Positions 36,711 through 49,747 of a stretch of 64,000 nt of DNA are shown in pieces. The notes below the pieces were generated by a model. It searched no databases and was not told where the DNA came from. It saw only the letters and a list, made by a program, of their open reading frames with translations. The translations under genes were made by a program, and so were the position numbers. Positions within the stretch are counted from its first letter, which is position 1, and every line of letters starts with the position of its first letter. The stretch spans positions 20,621 through 84,620 of the forward strand of contig CAIYET010000770.1 in the NCBI GenBank assembly GCA_903925285.1, given 5' to 3'. The stretch comes from Candidatus Hydrogenedentota bacterium. GTDB lineage: Bacteria > Hydrogenedentota > Hydrogenedentia > Hydrogenedentales > SLHB01.

Positions 36711-36737
36711 AAAAAAAATCCCAGCCGCACGGCTGAG
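36711..36737 (-). terminator. Intrinsic terminator hairpin plus U8 tract in the pyrR 5' leader (candidate PyrR attenuator)
   Basis: The minus strand reads CUCAGCC-GUGC-GGCUGGG-A-UUUUUUUU, ending 20 nt before the pyrR ATG. No minus-strand gene lies upstream that it could terminate. Confidence 0.6.
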
Positions 36738-37137
36738 CTGTCTACGTTTACCGCACCCGCTCCCGCGTGCGCGCTTTTTACACATGGTGGCGTCCACCTT
36801 GTCGTTCTCGGATTGCAGTTTCCTTGTTCGCAACAGTCATGCTATGCCGCGCAGTACGATAAAAGAAATCATAGTCACGACTACGACATTGCGGCCATGC
36901 CGTATTAGGTGGATTCTATCAAGCAGGACGGGGCAAGTCAACACGCCTCCGCCGTTTCTGCAACATTTGTCTTGACAGCCGTCTTCACACGACTCTATAG
37001 TAAAGCGAGCAGTTACGGATATATTTTGCTTCACGGAACAGCTCTGCCTCTGCGTTGGAGAGCGTGCAACGCAGAGTCGCGGAGGATGCCGGGATTCGGA
37101 GAGACAGACAAGCAACTATGAACAGGAGGTCTTCAAC

Positions 37138-40983
<3,846 letters not shown>

Positions 40984-41103
40984 CGAGCAGGAAAAACCAG
41001 CGCTAGGCTAGATCGACCCTCGACGCGTTCGAGGCACTTGAACGCGTGCCGTCAATTTCGCGCGGCTTGCATTTGCCGGTGCAATCCCGCAGGATGTTTA
41101 TTC

Positions 41104-41952
41104 ATGGCCAAACGTTTCGCAAACAAATCGGCATTTATCACGGGCGCATCGTCGGGCATCGGCGCGGCGGTGGCGGAGGCCCTTGCGCGTGAAGGCGCAC
41201 GCGTGGCGTTGGCAGCGCGCCGTATCGAAAAGCTCGACGACGTCCGCAAGCGCGTCGAATCCGCAAGCGGCGTTGCGTTGCCAGTCGTGTGCGACGTGCG
41301 CGACAAGGCAAGCCTCGACGAAGCGGTCCGAAAAACGGTCGAGGCGTTCGGCGGGATCGACATCGTGCTGGCCAATGCCGGGTTCGGCGTAGTCGGCCAG
41401 TTCGCACGGCTCGACACGGACGCGTTTCGCGCGCAGTTCGAGACGAACGTATTCGGCGTCATCAATACCATCTATGCCGCGCTCCCACATCTGCTCGAAT
41501 CCAAAGGGCGGCTCGGCATCGTATCGAGCGTTCAGGGGCGCGTGGCCATGCCCTCGAGTTCGCCATATACCGCGAGCAAGTTTGCCGTGTACGGTTTGGC
41601 GGAATCGCTGTACCACGAACTCGCCCCGAAAGGCGTGTCGGTCGTCTGCATCCAGCCCGGCTTCGTGGCCTCCGAGATCCGCAAAGTCGACAACAACGGC
41701 GTATTCGAAGCACGCCGCAGGGAGTCCGCCCCCAACGGGCTCATCGTACCGGTGGAAAAGGCCGCACGCGATATCGTCGACGCGTTGTATCGCCGGCATT
41801 TCGATGCGGTCATCACCGGCCACGCGAAACTCATCGCCGGACTGTCGCGGCACTTCCCGCGCCTGACGCGCGCGATCATTCTGAAGAGCACGGGTGGAAA
41901 CGTCGACCCACGGGACAAGCCCAAGCGCCGTTCGCCGAGTAAAACCCCGTGA
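41104..41952 (+). CDS. Short-chain dehydrogenase/reductase (classical SDR)
   Basis: The cofactor motif is ITGASSGIGAA, NAG is present, and the catalytic motif is YTASKFAV (YxxxK). I chose the start at Met23 of the listed ORF. Confidence 0.85.
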   Translation: MAKRFANKSAFITGASSGIGAAVAEALAREGARVALAARRIEKLDDVRKRVESASGVALPVVCDVRDKASLDEAVRKTVEAFGGIDIVLANAGFGVVGQFARLDTDAFRAQFETNVFGVINTIYAALPHLLESKGRLGIVSSVQGRVAMPSSSPYTASKFAVYGLAESLYHELAPKGVSVVCIQPGFVASEIRKVDNNGVFEARRRESAPNGLIVPVEKAARDIVDALYRRHFDAVITGHAKLIAGLSRHFPRLTRAIILKSTGGNVDPRDKPKRRSPSKTP

Positions 41953-42001
41953 AGCAACTCGATCAAGTCTTTGGCGTCGCCGCAATCGGAAAGAAAGTTT
42001 C

Positions 42002-43564
42002 GTGAAAAAAACAAAGGTAATTCACCCATTCCTGTTCGCGGCATTTCCCATCTTGTCTCTATTTTCCGCCAATGCCGATACAGTGGCCCCAAGCGACGTC
42101 TGGTCCTCCATTCTCCTCGCAGTGTCCGGCGCGGCCATCTTGTGGTTCATGTTATGGCCGATTCTTCGCGACTCATTCAAACGCGGACTGGCGGTATCTC
42201 TAGCTGTATTTCTGTGCTTCTCCTACGGTCCCGCCATGGACGGGTTGCGCTGGATATTGGGGCAGAGCCGTCTGTTGCGAGACGTGTCCTCATTCTGGCT
42301 TCTGTGCGCGGGCATGGCCGCCCTTGCAACGGGCCTTCTTCCGTTGATGCGAACGCGGCGAAGCCTCGATGGGATCACGCGATTCCTGAACAAGTTTTCC
42401 TTGATCGTCGTCCTGATAGCCCTTTGCAGCGCCCTGGTCGAAGTGGGGCGGTACCAATACTACACGCTCCATACCCACACCGCGCCCACATCCGCGTCCA
42501 CCACTCCGGTCCGAGATCCGTCATCACCGGCGCCGCCCAACATCTACTACATTACTTTGGATGCGTACGCGCGTGCCGACATACTCAAGGACATCTTCCA
42601 TTACGACAACACATCGTTTGTAACCGCCCTGAGACAACGCGGCTTTTTCGTAGCGAACAAAAGCCACTCCAACTACATGTATACGAACCTTTCGCTCTCC
42701 TCGTCCCTGAACCTCGACTATCTGTCCCCGAACGACGACAGCCTCAAAGGAAACACCGCCTTCCGCATCCAAATTCTTAACCAAACCCGGACAAATAAGG
42801 TCTCCACGTTTCTGAAGGAGCGGGGATACAAGTACATCGCCTTCGACACCGGCTCCGAGTCCTTACGACAAACGAACGCGGATGTCGTCGAAAAACCTGC
42901 GATCATATTGAGCGAATTCCAGAACCTTCTGATAACCAAGACGCCCCTCCGGACGTTCTTGAGCCGAATGCCGAATCCTTGGCAGTACTTCGTACACCGC
43001 AATGTGATACTTCATGCGTTGGACCGGCTATCGGAACTGGCGACACTCGGATCGCCGCTATTCGTCTTCGCCCTTGTTCCCGCGCCCCATGCGCCATTTG
43101 TCTTAGACGCAAACGGCGACGCCGTGTATCCGAAGATCCCGTTCTCGATGCTCGATGGACACAGCCTGATTGGCTACGGCATGACGCCGGAAGACTACAT
43201 CGCCGGATACACGGCCCAACTCGCCTACGTCAGCAAACGCGTGCTCCAAATCGTGGATCGGATTCAGGCGGCCACGCCAAACTCGGTCATCATTATCCAG
43301 GGCGATCACGGTTCGAGAATGGGGTTGACCGACGACCCGGCAACGACAAACCTGCACGAAGTGTTCAGCAACCTGAGCGCCGTCTACCTGCCCGACCGCG
43401 ACGCCGACGCGCTGTTCTATGACGACATGTCGAATGTAAACGCCTTCCGGATCCTCTTCAACGCCTATTTTGGGACACATTATGAGCGGCTGCCCGACAG
43501 GAGTTTCTTCTCTCCCTGGTCGCTCAACGCCATGGTGGACGTTACGGACAAGACCAAGCGGTAG
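42002..43564 (+). CDS. Membrane-anchored sulfatase-fold (alkaline-phosphatase superfamily) protein, LTA-synthase/phosphotransferase-like
   Basis: Five N-terminal TM helices are followed by an extracytoplasmic domain with IYYITLDAYARAD and IIIQGDHGSRMG. I propose a GTG start at 42002, downstream of the SDR stop. Confidence 0.55.
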   Translation: MKKTKVIHPFLFAAFPILSLFSANADTVAPSDVWSSILLAVSGAAILWFMLWPILRDSFKRGLAVSLAVFLCFSYGPAMDGLRWILGQSRLLRDVSSFWLLCAGMAALATGLLPLMRTRRSLDGITRFLNKFSLIVVLIALCSALVEVGRYQYYTLHTHTAPTSASTTPVRDPSSPAPPNIYYITLDAYARADILKDIFHYDNTSFVTALRQRGFFVANKSHSNYMYTNLSLSSSLNLDYLSPNDDSLKGNTAFRIQILNQTRTNKVSTFLKERGYKYIAFDTGSESLRQTNADVVEKPAIILSEFQNLLITKTPLRTFLSRMPNPWQYFVHRNVILHALDRLSELATLGSPLFVFALVPAPHAPFVLDANGDAVYPKIPFSMLDGHSLIGYGMTPEDYIAGYTAQLAYVSKRVLQIVDRIQAATPNSVIIIQGDHGSRMGLTDDPATTNLHEVFSNLSAVYLPDRDADALFYDDMSNVNAFRILFNAYFGTHYERLPDRSFFSPWSLNAMVDVTDKTKR

Positions 43565-43611
43565 CGGTTAAGTTTCGTCAGCGACACATCCCTTTCTTAC
43601 ACATGGTTGAT

Positions 43612-45831
43612 TCAGCGGGGGACGATGCGGGCGGCAATGTCCTTTTCGATAGGCGGCATTGCGATGCCGAGGCCGGTTTGGGTGGCGGCGGATGGTACGC
43701 GCTGGTCGATGCGGCCTTGCCAGGTGTCCCACCATTCGATTGTGTAGCGGCCGGGGTTCAGGCCGTGAATCGTCGTTTCGGCGTTGGCGATGGTTGGGAT
43801 GGGGTTTCCATCGCGGACGTTTTTCCAGTTGTGATCGGCGTTGTGCAGCCAGAGGACCGCAGTGTTGCCGTTCGTCATGCCGTAACATTGCAGGTTCACG
43901 TAACGACTGCTCGTGTAATTCGTCACGCGGTAGTTGCCGACGCTGAGCCAATCGCCGTCCGTCACTTCGAGTTGAACGGCGTGTTCGCCGACGGGGATGT
44001 CGATCGCGTAATCCTTGTTGAAGATCGCCTGGTACAGGCCGTACTCATTGCGGAAATCGGTCTTCTCGAATTCCGGTTTGACGTTCGAGTCCGTCGGCGG
44101 GCATGCGGACAACGCGATGGTGCGCGCGAGTTGTCCATCGAGCAGGAATTGCAGACAAGCGCTGTGCGAGACGGAATCGACGTGCACGATGAACTGGCAC
44201 GGCCGTTCGCAATGGAGATGAAATACGGGCCTGGTTCGGATGTCGGACTTGACAGGCGCATAGATGAAACTGGGAAACGTCGTCGGATCGGGGACGCTGT
44301 CCGCCTTGAGCGTGAACTCTTCGGTTGGACACCGCTTCCACCCGCAACTGGGCGCGATAATCAGGTCGCGGAACGTCTCGTCACCGGCGGGGACGCGCGG
44401 TGCGTCGATGCGCAGGCGCCTCCAGCGTCCATGGGTCCACGGGGTCTTGTCCGCGAACGTACGCAACGGCGTAAACGTGGCGTACAAGTTCCCGGGATGC
44501 ACGTAGCCATCCCAATACCAAATCATCGCGCCGCCGGCGTTGCCCGAACAGGCCGAGGCCCAAAGTCCGTTGTGCAGGTTGACGCCTTTGAATTGGGGGT
44601 CGTAGGGATTGTCGCTGTTGCGCCAGTCGATGCCGAACTCGGCCATGAGGTGCGGTTTCGCGTAGGCGTCGTGGTTGCGTGCGTCGAAATGGATGACCGG
44701 CGAGCTATCGGCGACGTCGCCTTGGCCGTAATGGTGCGTCATCGTGAAATCGACATTGGGGATCTTCCACACGTCCTTGTCGCCGTACGTCGTCGATACG
44801 AGGTGGCCAAACGCGTCCGTTCCCTTGAGGTATGCGGCCATTTCGGCGACCCACGCGGCAGGCTCGATCGCCTCGTTCCAGAACTCCCACGCGCAGAGGT
44901 TCGCGCGCCAGCCGTAGCGTGCGGCGAGGTAGCGCAGGCGGCGCTGATACAGTTTGCGCGCCTGCTCGTTCGCCCAGAAATCCGCAGGTTGCGCGCAGGG
45001 TCCGCCGTTCGCAACGTTGTACGGATTTGCGTTCCATTGGCCTTCGTTGAAATAGCCGCCGGTCGTGAACTCGCCGTAGGTGCCCAGGCACAGCATGACT
45101 TGGACGGCGTTCTGCGCGGCCAAGTCGAAGATGCGGTCCAGCCTCGACGCCGTCATCAAATTGTAGCGGCCCGCGCCAAAATACCCGTCTCCGGTCCATT
45201 CGATGCCGCAGTTCCAACTGATCATCCAGAGGCGGATCCAGTTGCCGCCCGCGCGGCTTAGCGCAGGCAGCCAGTCCTCGTAATCGAATGTGCCGCGTTT
45301 GCCGGCCCAGCACATGTTTTCGCCCACGGCAAAAAACGGTTGCCCGTTCTCGAATGCGAAATACCGCGCTGGATTCCCGGCAGCCTTGACGAAACCGGGA
45401 TCGTCCGAGCGCACCGCGCGAAACGTTGCCGGACCCGTCTGGACGTATCCCGTCCGATCTTTCGCGAAGACCTGGTAATGCCAGCGGCCCAGTAGGCGCG
45501 GCGCGAATCGGATTTTCCACACCGGTTCGCCCGATGCCGCGTCGACTTCATGATCGCCTTCGAGTTTGTGCGTGAAATCCTGGTCGAGATACGCATTCAC
45601 GCGGATGGGCGGTCCTTCGGGCGGCGTGAACATGCCCCATACGTCGATGTCGCCGGGATCGAACGGATTGTCGTATGTCGCCGACAAACGAAGCGTGAGT
45701 TCGCACAACCCGTACCGGGGCACGGTCGTGTTATTGATGCCCGCTACGCTTAGCGCCAGCGGCGATTGGCTTGGCAACACATCGCCCGCTGTTCCGGCGA
45801 GACACAGAATAAGGATCGTCGCGCCATACAT
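43612..45831 (-). CDS. Secreted glycoside hydrolase, DUF5060-like N-terminal beta-sandwich plus GH5-like (beta/alpha)8 domain
   Basis: A signal peptide is present. LCELTLRLSATYDNPFDPGDIDV..WKIRFAP..GRWHY is the N-terminal domain. GGNWIRLWM and NLCAWEFWNE (acid/base NE motif) mark the TIM barrel. Confidence 0.55.
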   Translation of the reverse strand: MYGATILILCLAGTAGDVLPSQSPLALSVAGINNTTVPRYGLCELTLRLSATYDNPFDPGDIDVWGMFTPPEGPPIRVNAYLDQDFTHKLEGDHEVDAASGEPVWKIRFAPRLLGRWHYQVFAKDRTGYVQTGPATFRAVRSDDPGFVKAAGNPARYFAFENGQPFFAVGENMCWAGKRGTFDYEDWLPALSRAGGNWIRLWMISWNCGIEWTGDGYFGAGRYNLMTASRLDRIFDLAAQNAVQVMLCLGTYGEFTTGGYFNEGQWNANPYNVANGGPCAQPADFWANEQARKLYQRRLRYLAARYGWRANLCAWEFWNEAIEPAAWVAEMAAYLKGTDAFGHLVSTTYGDKDVWKIPNVDFTMTHHYGQGDVADSSPVIHFDARNHDAYAKPHLMAEFGIDWRNSDNPYDPQFKGVNLHNGLWASACSGNAGGAMIWYWDGYVHPGNLYATFTPLRTFADKTPWTHGRWRRLRIDAPRVPAGDETFRDLIIAPSCGWKRCPTEEFTLKADSVPDPTTFPSFIYAPVKSDIRTRPVFHLHCERPCQFIVHVDSVSHSACLQFLLDGQLARTIALSACPPTDSNVKPEFEKTDFRNEYGLYQAIFNKDYAIDIPVGEHAVQLEVTDGDWLSVGNYRVTNYTSSRYVNLQCYGMTNGNTAVLWLHNADHNWKNVRDGNPIPTIANAETTIHGLNPGRYTIEWWDTWQGRIDQRVPSAATQTGLGIAMPPIEKDIAARIVPR

Positions 45832-45872
45832 GTTGAACCCTCCAGGCTATGGGTAAACGCGTGCCGAGAACT

Positions 45873-45942
45873 GAGATTTGAGATTTGAGATTTGAGATTT
45901 GAGATTTGAGATTTTGGATTTTGGATTTTGGATTTTGGATTG
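45873..45942. repeat. Direct tandem heptamer array, (GAGATTT)x6 (TGGATTT)x3 TGGATTG
   Basis: Read directly from the sequence. It abuts the stop codon of the SSS transporter gene (45943) and lies 42 nt upstream of the GH5-like start. Confidence 0.95.
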
Positions 45943-47562
45943 TCACGTGTCTTCTTTTCGCGTCCAGACCGTCAGGTTCGTCAGGTCGCGTTTTTCGCGT
46001 TGAAACGCGGAGGCGATGGCGTAGGTAACAGCGAACATGACGATATTGCCGACAATGCCGGCGTAGTAGGTATGGACGGGCCGGGCGAGCCACGCTGCGA
46101 AATTGTGCGACACGGCGAGATGCGACATGATTGCGTCGACGGTGATGAGTTTCAATTCGATGGCGGCAATGTATGCGCTGAAGAGGAGCGTGCTTGCGAT
46201 GCCGACCGCGACGGTGCGTCCGTTGCCGCGTTTGGTCAGAAAACCGAGCGCGTAAAGTCCCAGGAGTCCGCCCGCCAGGATCGAGCCGATTTTGGCGCCG
46301 GTGTCTTGCAGCGTGAGTTTGGTCATTTGGAGGAATAGCGTGGCGCCGCCGATCATGAGCAGGCAACTGGCCGCGGAGACGAGGCGCGCTGCGAAGACGT
46401 AATGGCGCTCGTCGCGGTTCTTGGCCATGTGCCGTCGATAGATGTCGGTTATGCTCACGGCTGCAATCGAGTTGATGCTCGATGAGGACGCCGACATCGC
46501 GGCGGACAGCACGCCGGCGATGACCAACCCTGCGAGGCCCGTCGGGATCGCGCGCACGCAGAAGTATGGCAGAATCGATTCGGCTTTCGCGCCGTTCGCG
46601 CCGGTCAGGATCGCCGCGGCCATCGGATCGGGATGGAGCTTGAAGTAGACGTACATGCATGTGCCGAGAAACATGAAGAAGATCCATGTCGGCACGCTGC
46701 AGAAACAGCATATCCAGATCGAGCGCGTTGCTTCCTTTGGATTCTTCGCGGCGACGTATTTCTGAATCACGTTTTGATTGCTGCTGTATTCGGTGAGCCA
46801 ATTGGTGAGTCCGCACAGGAGCATCATGACGATGGCCTTGTCTTGCAGCGAGAACCACGGCGCCGGTTCGAGCACGTGGGTTGTCATATTGAGATCGCCG
46901 AGCATGAATTTGCCGTCCGCCATGGCGGTCGAGATTACCGTGGCGATGCCACCGTCGATGCCGTGGATGACGGTTACGAAGCACAGGCCCGCGCCGAACC
47001 ATAGTATGAACGCCTGGAAGAATTGCGCCCACACGATGGCCTGGATCCCGCCCGCGACGGTGTAAATCGCGATCACGACACCGCCCATGACAATGCAGGC
47101 GTATGGCGTCGAGCCGGTAATTTGCTGGAACACGAGCGAGACGAGATACAGGATTGTGCTGATACGCATGACTTGGCCCAATATGAACGCGCAGGCCGCG
47201 TACATGCGAACGCCGGGTCCGAAACGTCCCTCGAGATACTCGAACGCGGACGTACACCGGCTGCGGCGGTAGAATGGCAGAAAGATTCGGGATGCCATGA
47301 AAATGCCGATGGGCAGCATGAAACATGGCAGCAGCCGCAGGTACGCGGTCCTGTACGCGTCGGCGGGATACGCAATCACGGTGATCGAACTGATCGATGT
47401 GGCGAACATCGCCAGGCCCAGCAACCATGCCGGAAATTGCCGGTTGCCGACGAAGAAACTCTCGGTCGATCGATTCCTCCGTGCGAATATCGGTCCGATC
47501 GACGCGATGGCGCAGAAATAGACAATCAGAATGGCCCAGTCGAGCTTTCCAAAATTTGACAT
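45943..47562 (-). CDS. Sodium:solute symporter (SSS/SLC5 family)
   Basis: LDWAILIVYFCAIASIGPIFARRNRSTESFFVGNRQFPAWLLGLAMFATSISSITVIAYPADAY plus ~13 TM helices. I chose the start at Met28 of the listed ORF. Confidence 0.8.
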   Translation of the reverse strand: MSNFGKLDWAILIVYFCAIASIGPIFARRNRSTESFFVGNRQFPAWLLGLAMFATSISSITVIAYPADAYRTAYLRLLPCFMLPIGIFMASRIFLPFYRRSRCTSAFEYLEGRFGPGVRMYAACAFILGQVMRISTILYLVSLVFQQITGSTPYACIVMGGVVIAIYTVAGGIQAIVWAQFFQAFILWFGAGLCFVTVIHGIDGGIATVISTAMADGKFMLGDLNMTTHVLEPAPWFSLQDKAIVMMLLCGLTNWLTEYSSNQNVIQKYVAAKNPKEATRSIWICCFCSVPTWIFFMFLGTCMYVYFKLHPDPMAAAILTGANGAKAESILPYFCVRAIPTGLAGLVIAGVLSAAMSASSSSINSIAAVSITDIYRRHMAKNRDERHYVFAARLVSAASCLLMIGGATLFLQMTKLTLQDTGAKIGSILAGGLLGLYALGFLTKRGNGRTVAVGIASTLLFSAYIAAIELKLITVDAIMSHLAVSHNFAAWLARPVHTYYAGIVGNIVMFAVTYAIASAFQREKRDLTNLTVWTRKEDT

Positions 47563-47712
47563 AACGTATACGATTCCCCAAACAACACTCAGTCGCGACT
47601 CGGTAAACGGATGGAGTATAGCAGCAAGATCGCGAGCAATCACGCGAATTCAAGATGCCCGCCGGTTGACCCGCGCGGCTTCGGTATGCTGCAATTCACG
47701 CGGAGGTATGAC

Positions 47713-48489
47713 ATGCCGGAATTTCGTTGGGTAGACACACACTGCCATTTGCAGCACGCGGCGTTCGATGGCGACCGCGCCGAGGTGCTGGAACGTTCAC
47801 TCGCGCAACTCGACTGGTTGATCGTCATCGGCGACAGCGTGGCATCGAGCGAGCAAGGTTGCGCGATGGCTGGACCGCGCGTCCATGCGACGGTGGGTAT
47901 CCACCCGCACGAGGCGAAGCACGCGGACGCGGCGGCGCTCGAAGCGATCGAAACGCTGGCGCGGCGCGAAGGCGTATGCGCGATCGGCGAGATCGGACTT
48001 GACTACCATTACGATTTCTCGCCCCGTGATGAACAACGCTCGGCGTTCGCGGCGCAACTCGATTTGGCCGCACGGCTTGATATGCCCATCGTTATCCATT
48101 GCCGCGAAGCCGAGGAGGACCTTGCCGCCCTCGTCGAATCGGCGCCCGTCCGGCCGCGCGGCGTCATGCACTGCTTCGGCGGCGACGCGGCATTCGCCGA
48201 GCGTTGCCTCGGATGGGGGCTGTACATCTCGTTCGCGGGCAACGTCACCTTCTCGAAGGCGCAACGCCTGCGCGACGCGGCCGCAGTCGTACCGGTCGAT
48301 CGTTTGTTGGTCGAAACCGACAGTCCCTACCTCGCCCCGCAACCGTTGCGCGGTAAACGTTGCGAACCGCCTTACGTGCAATATGTGGGCGAAGCAATCG
48401 CGCGGCTCAAAGGGATATCGTCGGAGACTTTCGCAGGGCACGTCAAGGAAAACGCCCTGCGCGCGTTAGGTCTTAGTACCCGCGCATAA
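47713..48489 (+). CDS. tatD: TatD-family metal-dependent hydrolase/DNase
   Basis: WVDTHCHLQH, AIGEIGLDYHY, PIVIHCREA and LLVETDSPYLAP are present. I chose the start at Met35 of the listed ORF. Confidence 0.85.
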   Translation: MPEFRWVDTHCHLQHAAFDGDRAEVLERSLAQLDWLIVIGDSVASSEQGCAMAGPRVHATVGIHPHEAKHADAAALEAIETLARREGVCAIGEIGLDYHYDFSPRDEQRSAFAAQLDLAARLDMPIVIHCREAEEDLAALVESAPVRPRGVMHCFGGDAAFAERCLGWGLYISFAGNVTFSKAQRLRDAAAVVPVDRLLVETDSPYLAPQPLRGKRCEPPYVQYVGEAIARLKGISSETFAGHVKENALRALGLSTRA

Positions 48490-48536
48490 ATAACCCGCTC
48501 AAAAGAAATATGCCAAAACAAGGCGCAGAATATAAA

Positions 48537-48746
48537 CCTAAAAAAGGCAGTCAGAATTCAGGATTCAGAATTCAGAATGTTGAATAACAGTGGACTTACA
48601 CACGAGACTCGGCAACATTTGCGCTCACCCAACACCGGCGCGGAAGCGTTGCGCGCGGCGCGGTGAATACTTTCGCGCGTCGAAAGATACCGTAACCTGT
48701 TGCCATTCTGAATTCTGACTCCTGAATTCTGACTGCCTTTTTTAGG
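48537..48746. mobile_element. MITE-like element: 210 bp, 43-bp terminal inverted repeats (42/43 match), flanked by ATAAA on both sides
   Basis: The left TIR is CCTAAAAAAGGCAGTCAGAATTCAGGATTCAGAATTCAGAATG. The right TIR is its reverse complement with one mismatch. ATAAA sits at 48532-48536 and again at 48747-48751. The element lies between the convergent tatD and nuclease genes. Confidence 0.6.
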
Positions 48747-48788
48747 ATAAAAGCCTGATTGCTTTGGCGGGGAAGCCCGGCTCCACCA

Positions 48789-49571
48789 TCATTGCGGAGG
48801 GTCGCCGTCCTGTGACGCCATATCGTCCGGCATTATGGCTTGGGCTTCTTGGTCGGCTTTGATTGCAGCCACCTCGTTGCGCTTCTGTTCGGCGATAAAC
48901 TGCCTTTCCTGCTCGATGAGTAACCTTTGCTGCTCGGTGGCTTGGCGCGCGCGTTCTTCTCCCACAGCCTGTTGCTCTCTCTCGAACTGGGCGTGGGCCG
49001 CTTCGGCCACATCGGGATCGCCGCGCAGGACGAGTTTGATTTTTTTGCCTTTGGCGGGCTGTTCCGTTTCGGCTTTCGTAACGTCCGTCTTGTTCGGCTT
49101 GACACGCTCGGCTGGTTTGGCGGGCGCCACGTCCATTTCCCACAGACCGAGGTTCTGCATCTTGGCCCCTGCTTCGAGGTCGCGATACCGGGTGTTGTCC
49201 GGCGCGGTCAGGCGATTCCATGTGCCCATGCCTTCGCTCAATACCCATTGGGCCAGATCCGTCCCGTCCGGTAGAAACACCGTTCCCGTCACGATACGGT
49301 CGGAACGTTTGATTACCTCGACCTTGACTTCTTGGTCGAGTGCCCGGTTGGCGACGAACGCTTTGGCCTGCTTGCCTTCAGGCGTCTTGGAATCGGGCGA
49401 CGCGATCCCATTCAACACAACGATCTCGCGCTTGCCGTCGTGTTCCACTTGCACGATATGAGCCGATGAAACCGAAGTCACCTTGCCGGTGAAATCTTCC
49501 GCGTGTGCGATGACCGTATTCAACGCGATATACGCCGCTACCACGGCGGCAAACCCGAGCGTTCTTCGCAT
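48789..49571 (-). CDS. Secreted thermonuclease (SNase)-like protein with C-terminal charged coiled-coil
   Basis: A signal peptide is present. GKVTSVSSAHIVQVEHDGKREIVVLNGIASPD...AKAFVANRALDQEVKVEV...GTVFLPDGTDLAQWVLSEGMG follows the SNase OB-fold pattern. The tail is E/Q/R-rich. I chose the start at Met18. Confidence 0.5.
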   Translation of the reverse strand: MRRTLGFAAVVAAYIALNTVIAHAEDFTGKVTSVSSAHIVQVEHDGKREIVVLNGIASPDSKTPEGKQAKAFVANRALDQEVKVEVIKRSDRIVTGTVFLPDGTDLAQWVLSEGMGTWNRLTAPDNTRYRDLEAGAKMQNLGLWEMDVAPAKPAERVKPNKTDVTKAETEQPAKGKKIKLVLRGDPDVAEAAHAQFEREQQAVGEERARQATEQQRLLIEQERQFIAEQKRNEVAAIKADQEAQAIMPDDMASQDGDPPQ

Positions 49572-49668
49572 AACCGTCCCCTCTTCTATTGGGCGGACGC
49601 ACCGATGCGCCCCTCTCTCCAAACTATAACAAGTTTAGGCGATAACGCATTTCCTGTCAACTCGCTCC

Positions 49669-49747
49669 AAGGCTTCAGACTTCAGGCTTCAGGCTTCAGG
49701 CAATGCAGTCATGAAGCCTGAAGCCTGAAGCCTGGAGCCTGAAGCCT
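49669..49747. repeat. Heptamer-array hairpin: (GGCTTCA)-type x4, 12-nt loop, (GAAGCCT)-type x5
   Basis: Read directly from the sequence. The right arm overlaps the stop codon of the DUF1460-like gene. Confidence 0.9.

Noticed and set aside
40984-41103. Short palindromes (CCTCGACGCGTTCGAGG, GGCACTTGAACGCGTGCC) after the adhesin gene as a terminator
   Set aside because: The stems are only 5-6 bp with no following T-tract, which is too weak to annotate.
43603-45261. 552-aa plus-strand ORF opposite the GH5-like hydrolase
   Set aside because: It has no signal peptide or motif. The minus-strand product has a signal peptide, a DUF5060-like domain and the NE acid/base motif.
45731-47653. 640-aa alternative-frame ORF over the SSS transporter, translating the heptamer array as QNPKSKIQNLKSQISNLKSQIS
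   Set aside because: The product is Arg/His-rich with no TM helices. The 45943-47562 frame gives a canonical SSS transporter. The repeat peptide is a translation artefact of the array.
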